DNA of 64,000 nucleotides from assembly GCA_044371755.1 (NCBI GenBank), contig JBILSZ010000002.1:14383-78382 (forward strand). The letters are read 5' to 3'. Both the position numbers and the translations under genes were made by a program. Source of the stretch: Flavobacteriales bacterium. GTDB lineage: Bacteria > Bacteroidota > Bacteroidia > Flavobacteriales_D > Sanyastnellaceae. Every line of letters starts with the position of its first letter. The first letter of the stretch is position 1. The notes under the pieces were generated by a model. The model did not search any database. It had not been told where the DNA came from and worked only from the letters and a program-made list of their open reading frames with translations. Below, one piece after another: positions 57,883-64,000 of the stretch.

Positions 57883-59438
57883 CAGTATTCTGTGTTTAGA
57901 TTAAGGCCATTTAAAATATCCTCGGCTGACACAGCGAAAGAAAGTCCTTCGAGCGCAGCTCCAATGTACTTTTCATTCACAATACCGATAACAAAACCGT
58001 TTTTATCTATTATCGGACTTCCGTTGTTACCATTGGATACTTTAGCATCCGTTTGTAAAAACATCACACCATTTTGCTCGCGATAACCGCTTACAATACC
58101 TGAACTTATGGATTGTGACAAGGCTTTATTAACAGGAGACCCAACACAAAATACATTCTCTCCAGTTCGTCCCGATGTTGACTTGGAGAGCTTTAATGAT
58201 GATACCCCAGTGGTGTCGGTACTTATCAAGACGATATTACTCACAGGATCTCTCTTAATCACTCGAGCTTTTTTCTTAGCGCCATTAGAAAAAATAATGT
58301 CGACCTCTTCCTTCGTTCCTACGACACGATGAGAAGTAATTGCTAATCCATCGGGAGAAATCAAACATCCACTTCCATGAAAACCGTCTCCATCAATCGT
58401 TATTTGAGCGTTCGCCATATTCTGGAAATCTGGTTTAGAATTCAATGGCGCCTTGAGAGGTGTTGAATCCCCTTTAGAGTAAGTATTGTTAAATGCCTCA
58501 CGAGTACGATTATAAAGCGCTGTAAACTCGTCACTCTTCATTGCTTCAGCAAGACCATTTATGAGCGCGTCTCTCAGGCACGATTCACGTTGATATAGTA
58601 AAAGATAATAACCATTAGAAAAAAGAGCCGATTCGCTTTTAACGTCCACAAAATTCAGAGCATTTCCAAAAATATCGCAGAAAGTAAATCGCGTAGTCAA
58701 TTTTAACGAAGTTCCAAATTGCTTGACTCGATTCTCATGCGCTTCGAGAATTTTTAAATCCACAGAAAGGCACTTGTCATAGTTTTGAATGATTTCACTT
58801 TGACTATTTTGATAGCCTAAATCATCCAAAGTGTTGTTGAGCCAATAAGCGGGAGCTTCAATATAATCTTCTATATTCACTGGGTGAGAATCTTTGCTCT
58901 TTGACCAATCCTTGAGTTTGTCATAAAAATGAACATTAAACTTATCTATTCTTATTGAGTCCAAATCAGCTTTCATCTTCACAAACACATCGTTATAGTC
59001 GCTTACTGGAAGTTTTTCCAACTCGTCAACTACATAGTTCCTTCGATGCATATTTCCCGCTATCAAATAATCCAATCCTGCGATTAAACCGTAAGAAATG
59101 ACGGTCCCATCTACTTCGCCTGCGTTAGAAAAAAGAATCAATGCAGGAGGTATAGCTGTTACAAATACATTTGGGTCAAAACGGGTGGGCTTGATGATAG
59201 TACTTTTTGTTTTATAACCAGCCCTCGTGGTGGTCACTATGCAAGGACGATGCTTGTAAATAGAAGCACCCGCGTATTCACTGGTATATATATCATTCAC
59301 ATAAACACTAGCTTTATCATCTTTGGAAGAGACATAAACTGTCTTTCTGGAAATCAAGGTAGCACAACTGCTGAGTGTCGCAACAACGATAAAAAAGAAA
59401 AAAATTCTATATAAAAACTGTCTCATAACCTTATTCAA
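57882..59438 (-). CDS. trypsin-fold pseudo-peptidase lipoprotein (catalytic Asp and Ser both replaced by Asn)
   Basis: 518 aa with a lipobox (IVVATLSSCA). His is retained (AITSHRVVG). The Asp position reads VSNIVLIS and the Ser motif reads NGNNGSPII; the AAC codon at 58023-58025 stands where the Ser codon is expected. Confidence 0.7.
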   Translation of the reverse strand: MNKVMRQFLYRIFFFFIVVATLSSCATLISRKTVYVSSKDDKASVYVNDIYTSEYAGASIYKHRPCIVTTTRAGYKTKSTIIKPTRFDPNVFVTAIPPALILFSNAGEVDGTVISYGLIAGLDYLIAGNMHRRNYVVDELEKLPVSDYNDVFVKMKADLDSIRIDKFNVHFYDKLKDWSKSKDSHPVNIEDYIEAPAYWLNNTLDDLGYQNSQSEIIQNYDKCLSVDLKILEAHENRVKQFGTSLKLTTRFTFCDIFGNALNFVDVKSESALFSNGYYLLLYQRESCLRDALINGLAEAMKSDEFTALYNRTREAFNNTYSKGDSTPLKAPLNSKPDFQNMANAQITIDGDGFHGSGCLISPDGLAITSHRVVGTKEEVDIIFSNGAKKKARVIKRDPVSNIVLISTDTTGVSSLKLSKSTSGRTGENVFCVGSPVNKALSQSISSGIVSGYREQNGVMFLQTDAKVSNGNNGSPIIDKNGFVIGIVNEKYIGAALEGLSFAVSAEDILNGLNLNTEY

Positions 59439-60876
59439 AATTAACCTTTAGACGTTCATTGATATACTTCACTGGAATTGCGAACCCGATACCTTCTGTG
59501 ACAATACCCATCGCCTTAGACGAAACGATTCCTACGAGTTCTCCGCTTGCGTTAATTAAGGCACCACCGCTATTTCCAGGGCTTATATGTGCATCCGTCT
59601 GTATCAATTCTAGTTTATTATTTTTTCTAAGATTACTTACAATTCCTGCCGTCAATGTTTGGCCCAATTGAGGATCGGCAGGAGTACCAATCACTCTTAC
59701 TTTATCACCAAGAACAACCGCTGCGTCTTGATTAGGAATTAAAAATCCAAATTTTCTATCCGTATTTACTTTAATCAACGTGAGATCAGAATAAGCGTCC
59801 GTTCTGATAATCTCAGCTGGATACTTCACCCCGTCATTCATAATTACTTCAAGTTTATTAGACTTCACACCTGCCACGTGGTGATTAGAAATGATGTAGC
59901 CATCTTCGCTAATAATACATCCACTCCCGTGTCCGTTATCGGTTTGAATCGTCACCACCGCTTCTAAAAGCTGACTTACCGATTTGCTCTGATTCGTAGA
60001 GCGCTTCATCCATACTGCTTCTTGGCTTTCAACATTGGCAAGCTGTTGGGAGCGATTCTTAATCAATTCGAGCAACTCTGCTGAATGAGAAATCTCGTAA
60101 GCCAATGCTTGAAAAATATCAAATATCAAAAAACCTCTTCTTGAGTAGGTTTCTAAATCTTGATCACATCTAAGATCATCTATCTTCAAGTAAGCGTAGC
60201 CGCCTTCGTATGTATTTGAATAGATATTTAATCTTTCTGAGTAAATCTTAGCGCCATACACGTCAGCTATTTCTATATAAAAAGTGGATTCTGCCTTTGT
60301 AATACTGGGCTTCAGACAAGTTTGAAACACAAGTTTTTCAATGGTGATCTCTAGTTGCAGCTTCTTTTGCACATCGCTAAAAAAAGAATCTGAGGTGTCC
60401 ACCAAACCTGCTAGTGCCAGATTGTACGAAAGTAAGTTCCCAAAAACATCGCATGACCCTGTTATGGAGTCAAGACCGAATGTGCTATATCCACTCTTTA
60501 TAGGGCGTCCTTCACCAATATTTCTGCTATATAAAAAATCACCATGGTCAGCAGCCCCCATTTTAAGTGTGGTAGACTCCAAGGTAAAGGAAGCTAGTTC
60601 ACTCAACTTACTTTTCATCGATAAAGGATTTGGCAACCTTCCGCCATTGCTCGCCTTTAAATCAGTAACCTTACCTAAATGAGAATAAGTACGAAAGCCC
60701 TCTTGCGATATAACTAAAACTTTTTGTTTGTCTATTTCGCTATCATAAAATAGTTCAATACCTCCCGCGCCATAGTACTTTCGAGCGTTACCATCTCCAC
60801 TCTTTTGTGTCAGCCCGAAAAAACTATTGAAAAAAAGAAGGATAAATAAGAAGCCGTGAATTAATTTTTCAGCCAT
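59431..60876 (-). CDS. secreted trypsin-fold serine peptidase with a unique N-terminal domain
   Basis: 481 aa with a signal peptide. Intact triad motifs: IISNHHVAG, YSDLTLIK, PGNSGGALI. There is an 8-nt overlap with the downstream paralog. Confidence 0.75.
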   Translation of the reverse strand: MAEKLIHGFLFILLFFNSFFGLTQKSGDGNARKYYGAGGIELFYDSEIDKQKVLVISQEGFRTYSHLGKVTDLKASNGGRLPNPLSMKSKLSELASFTLESTTLKMGAADHGDFLYSRNIGEGRPIKSGYSTFGLDSITGSCDVFGNLLSYNLALAGLVDTSDSFFSDVQKKLQLEITIEKLVFQTCLKPSITKAESTFYIEIADVYGAKIYSERLNIYSNTYEGGYAYLKIDDLRCDQDLETYSRRGFLIFDIFQALAYEISHSAELLELIKNRSQQLANVESQEAVWMKRSTNQSKSVSQLLEAVVTIQTDNGHGSGCIISEDGYIISNHHVAGVKSNKLEVIMNDGVKYPAEIIRTDAYSDLTLIKVNTDRKFGFLIPNQDAAVVLGDKVRVIGTPADPQLGQTLTAGIVSNLRKNNKLELIQTDAHISPGNSGGALINASGELVGIVSSKAMGIVTEGIGFAIPVKYINERLKVNFE

Positions 60877-60990
60877 AAATCTATTATTTCAGTGCGCCAA
60901 GTTAATTAAAAAAGTTCAAAACCGCTTTGTAGAACATATTGATTCTATCCATGTTTATCTTTCTCATTCGTACTATCGAATGCCAGAATA

Positions 60991-61662
60991 ATGTCTGTAC
61001 ATGCTGAAACTTTGCGCATCCAAATAGAAGAGATGGGCGACCAACACGTAATGACATCCATCGAAACACCGCTAAGAGAGGATGCCTTTGAAATGGATGA
61101 TGCGGAAAAAATTGATTTAATAGAATCAAAATTTCGCGATATCATGGAAATTTTGGGTCTAGACCTTACTGATGATAGTCTTTCAGGAACGCCCCATAGA
61201 GTAGCGAAAATGTATGTTAAGGAGATTTTTAGCGGCCTCAATCCTGAGAATAAGCCGGACGTAAAACTCTTTGAAAACAAATATCAATACAACGAAATGT
61301 TGGTAGAAAAAAACATCACGTTTTACTCCAACTGCGAGCACCACTTTGTACCGATCATCGGAAAGGCCCATGTGGCTTATATCTCAAATGGTCAAGTGAT
61401 TGGTCTTTCGAAGTTGAATAGAATTGTTCAGTATTTCGCGAAAAGACCTCAAGTACAAGAGCGATTGACCATGCAAATTGCCAACGAACTCAAGAAGATA
61501 CTCGGCACTGAAGATGTAGCCATTTTGATTGATGCAGTGCATTTGTGTGTTAGTAGCAGAGGTGTTCAAGATGTAAATAGCAGCACTGTAACATCCTACT
61601 ATGGTGGTGCATTCGCTGATGACGCCACAAAAAGTGAATTTCTTAAATACATTGGTTTGTAA
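60991..61662 (+). CDS. folE: GTP cyclohydrolase I (FolE type I)
   Basis: 223 aa with TPHRVAKMY, FYSNCEHHFVPIIGKAHVAYI, GLSKLNRIVQYFAKRPQVQERLT. Confidence 0.95.
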   Translation: MSVHAETLRIQIEEMGDQHVMTSIETPLREDAFEMDDAEKIDLIESKFRDIMEILGLDLTDDSLSGTPHRVAKMYVKEIFSGLNPENKPDVKLFENKYQYNEMLVEKNITFYSNCEHHFVPIIGKAHVAYISNGQVIGLSKLNRIVQYFAKRPQVQERLTMQIANELKKILGTEDVAILIDAVHLCVSSRGVQDVNSSTVTSYYGGAFADDATKSEFLKYIGL

Positions 61663-62351
61663 TGGCAAAGTATCTTATCATTGGCGGCACCACGGGAATC
61701 GGGGCTGAACTTGCACAAATTTTATCCAATAAAGGTCATGAAATTATTGTGACTGGAAGAGGAACTAATACATCATTGGTAGGTACTTTTTTGCAATGGG
61801 ATGCTAATAACGATACCCAGCTAAGTATTCCTTCGGAATATCTTGATGGTGTCGTTTATTGCCCTGGAACCATCGCCCTAAAACCGTTTCATCGATTTAC
61901 GGACGAAGAGATACTTCAAGACTTTACAATAAATGCGCTAGGTGCGGCAAGAATATTAAGAGAAACTTTTCCCTTGCTAAAAAAATCAACCTCCCCTGCT
62001 GTGGTCTTATTCAGTACAGTAGCCGTACAAACTGGAATGGCATTTCACGCATCAATTGGTATGGCAAAAGGTGCAATCGAGGGCCTTACCAGAAGCCTTG
62101 CCGCCGAATGGGCACCCACAATAAGGGTAAATGCAATAGCACCGTCGCTCACACAAACGCCCCTTGCAGAAAAGCTTCTCTCAACACCAGAGAAAATCGA
62201 GGCTGGAAATAAGAGACACCCCCTTGGACGTGTGGGTTCAGCCCATGATCTGGCTGCAACAGCAGCATTCCTTCTAAGTCAAGACGCATCATGGATCACT
62301 GGACAAATATTCCATGTGGACGGTGGAATGGGCAACTTAAAATCCATGTAG
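61662..62351 (+). CDS. short-chain dehydrogenase/reductase family protein with an atypical active-site region
   Basis: 229 aa with a cofactor motif (GGTTGIGAELA) and NAIAPS. The expected YxxxK region reads FHASIGMAKGA, with no Tyr at K-4. The start overlaps the folE stop (TAATG). Confidence 0.7.
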   Translation: MAKYLIIGGTTGIGAELAQILSNKGHEIIVTGRGTNTSLVGTFLQWDANNDTQLSIPSEYLDGVVYCPGTIALKPFHRFTDEEILQDFTINALGAARILRETFPLLKKSTSPAVVLFSTVAVQTGMAFHASIGMAKGAIEGLTRSLAAEWAPTIRVNAIAPSLTQTPLAEKLLSTPEKIEAGNKRHPLGRVGSAHDLAATAAFLLSQDASWITGQIFHVDGGMGNLKSM

Positions 62352-62425
62352 CAAACATTAGCAATTGTCTCCATCGATGTAAGGCTCTACCTTCGTCAAG
62401 ACACTTGAAGCATAAAAATAAATTT

Positions 62426-62659
62426 TTGAAAGGGTTTTTTCAAGAGTCAAAAGCCCCATCCACCTCCTACTCGCTAACTGACCGAGAAAAAAGTATCCTA
62501 TCACTGTTGGTTGATGGATTGAGTTATAAAATGATTGCAGAAAGGGAGTCCATCTCGTTTCATACCGTCAACTCTCATATTCGTAAGATTTACGAAAAAC
62601 TCCATGTGCATTCATTGGGTGAAGCAGTGAGCAAAGCAATTAAGGAAAATTTGATTTAA
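62426..62659 (+). CDS. small stand-alone LuxR/FixJ-type HTH protein (start uncertain: TTG 62426, or ATG 62291 overlapping the SDR gene)
   Basis: The C-terminal 60 aa are LTDREKSILSLLVDGLSYKMIAERESISFHTVNSHIRKIYEKLHVHSLGEAVSKAI, a GerE/LuxR HTH. There is no receiver domain upstream. Confidence 0.55.
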   Translation: MKGFFQESKAPSTSYSLTDREKSILSLLVDGLSYKMIAERESISFHTVNSHIRKIYEKLHVHSLGEAVSKAIKENLI

Positions 62660-62765
62660 AAAAGAGATTTCGGTCACCTTCATAATTTCCTACTCATCGA
62701 TTGCAGTCATTAAATTTGTTTTCTTTTGTAAAGGATGTTGTTTATTTGTGGCCTAAAATCATTCT

Positions 62766-63527
62766 ATGGCACTCATCGAAGAATTCGACAAAAGCGGTAA
62801 TTGGCTATTCAGATGGCGCAGCTATCTTCCCCTTGTCCTATATGTGCTCGCTTCTGCGGTCATTATTTTAGAACTTGATAATGACATGCAAGTATTCAAT
62901 TCTACTTGGGCATGGGGCTGTCTTGCAGTATCTCTTTTCGGTCAAATCATTAGGGCTATCACAGTCGGATTTACACCTAAGGGCACCAGCGGTAGAAATA
63001 CAAAGGAAGGTCAGGTAGCTGAAACGCTCAATACAAAGGGAATTTACAGCACAGTGAGGCATCCGCTTTATCTTGGGAATTTCTTCATGTGGCTAGGGAT
63101 CATCATATATGTAGGCAACTGGTGGTTTAGTATTGTATGCTGCCTTCTGTTCTGGGTTTACTACGAGCGGATCATGTTTGCAGAAGAATTTTTCCTAAGA
63201 AATAAATTTGGTGCAACGTATCTCAATTGGGCAGCCAAAACTCCTGCTTTCTGGCCCTCATTCAGCAAATGGGAAAGCGCCGGTTGGAATTTTAGCATGA
63301 AAAATGTCCTCAAAAGAGAATACAATGGTTTCTTCGCCATTTTTATCTCTTTCGCTTTGCTCGATATCTTAAAGAACTACATCCATTATGGATTCACCAC
63401 ATTCCAAGACCTCATCTCCCCTTTTTGGTTGTTTGCCCTTCTTTTTGCTTTCATAGTATTCATCGTCTTGCGCAGCTTAAAGAAATATACGAAAGTCCTT
63501 GATGTTAAGGGTCGTGAATTCGTCTGA
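62766..63527 (+). CDS. ICMT/PEMT-like membrane methyltransferase family protein
   Basis: 253 aa, polytopic, with the GIYSTVRHPLYLGNFFMWLG motif. Confidence 0.7.
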   Translation: MALIEEFDKSGNWLFRWRSYLPLVLYVLASAVIILELDNDMQVFNSTWAWGCLAVSLFGQIIRAITVGFTPKGTSGRNTKEGQVAETLNTKGIYSTVRHPLYLGNFFMWLGIIIYVGNWWFSIVCCLLFWVYYERIMFAEEFFLRNKFGATYLNWAAKTPAFWPSFSKWESAGWNFSMKNVLKREYNGFFAIFISFALLDILKNYIHYGFTTFQDLISPFWLFALLFAFIVFIVLRSLKKYTKVLDVKGREFV

Positions 63528-63570
63528 TTAAACACATTTTGACCATTTTTTACTACTCTAAGAGAGCAGA

Positions 63571-63599
63571 AAAGAACAATCCGAGGGATTGTTCTTTTT
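63571..63599 (+). terminator. intrinsic terminator
   Basis: aaaGAACAATCCgagGGATTGTTCttttt, 44 nt after the stop at 63527. Confidence 0.75.
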
Positions 63600-63699
63600 G
63601 ATTTACAGCATTTTAGATCCATAAACTAGCTAAAAAAAGCCACTTTAAATTCAAAGAATACTAGATATTAAGGACGTATTATCTTAAGGTCATATTAAC

Positions 63700-63707
63700 T
63701 ATATTTG
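63700..63707 (+). promoter_or_regulatory. TAnnTTTG -7 box for the M43-like gene
   Basis: TATATTTG, 23 nt upstream of the ATG at 63731. Confidence 0.45.
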
Positions 63708-63730
63708 ACTCCCAAAATGTAGCCTGTACA

Positions 63731-64000
63731 ATGAAAAAAATCTTTATTCTCCTATTTGCACTTTCAACAGCATTGGTTTCAAATGCCCAGCAGCCTCACG
63801 TCTGCGGAGCTGATCACATGCACCACCATCTTCGAAACAGCGACCCAGAATTCAATCAGAGGGCCGAAGACTACAATAGACAAATTAGAGAGCTTATTGC
63901 TGCTAATAGGTCTAACCGAGTAGATGGAGAAGTATTGGTGATCCCAGTTGTTTTCCATATTATTCATAACTGGGGAATTGAAAACATCTCTGATGAGCAG
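63731..64000 (+). CDS. M43 (pappalysin-like) zinc metalloprotease, 3'-truncated by the window edge (not in the supplied ORF track)
   Basis: My translation gives MKKIFILLFALSTALVSNAQQPHVCGADHMHHHLRNSDPEFNQRAEDYNRQIRELIAANRSNRVDGEVLVIPVVFHIIHNWGIENISDEQ. This is a signal peptide followed by the N-terminal pattern (CG.D ... IPVVFH.I ... NISD.Q) I associate with Bacteroidota M43 peptidases. The frame is open to base 64000. Confidence 0.55.
   Translation, partial: MKKIFILLFALSTALVSNAQQPHVCGADHMHHHLRNSDPEFNQRAEDYNRQIRELIAANRSNRVDGEVLVIPVVFHIIHNWGIENISDEQ

Noticed and set aside
62291-62425. Treating the full 122-aa ORF (ATG 62291) as the LuxR-type protein.
   Set aside because: The first 20 codons overlap the SDR gene, and the next ~25 have no domain character. 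The HTH occupies only the last ~60 aa. The start is left as uncertain rather than endorsed.

Overview
This 64-kb window looks like low-GC chromosomal core DNA from a Bacteroidota (Flavobacteriales-like) organism. The lineage evidence is: several TAnnTTTG-type -7 promoter boxes; type A and type B T9SS C-terminal sorting domains; the rpmG-DUF4295-ftsY arrangement; a DUF4105/Lnb-family gene; and many DUF-type outer-membrane proteins. I call about 60 CDS and one tRNA-Ala(GGC). I see no rRNA, CRISPR array, transposase, integrase or prophage genes. Confidently recognised housekeeping genes are thrS-infC-rpmI-rplT, katG, kdsA, dapF, a fused E1 alpha/beta 2-oxoacid dehydrogenase, queE, rimO, ftsY, rpmG, ftsK, hemF and folE. 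All family calls come from reading motifs in the supplied translations; no database search was run. The observations most worth follow-up are: (1) a tightly packed same-strand cluster (35530-44230) that combines TlpA, a 2Fe-2S ferredoxin, two YceI paralogs, a propeller-LytS kinase with a LytTR regulator, three PSCyt1-like cytochrome-c modules, an OB-fold protein and an outer-membrane beta-barrel; two of the three PSCyt1-like modules have non-canonical CX4CH and CX3CH motifs; (2) a translationally coupled trio of trypsin-fold peptidases whose middle member has lost the catalytic Asp and Ser; (3) a Gfo/Idh/MocA - LpxA-like - DegT triplet resembling GnnA/LpxA/GnnB, the route to diamino-sugar lipid A; (4) heptanucleotide (AATTCNG)n tandem repeats embedded in two coding regions, plus 15-nt and 18-nt in-frame tandem repeats in the ftsK linker; (5) an orphan intrinsic terminator or leader just upstream of an aspartyl-protease / 4xCBM48 operon. 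None of these is proven novel from sequence alone.
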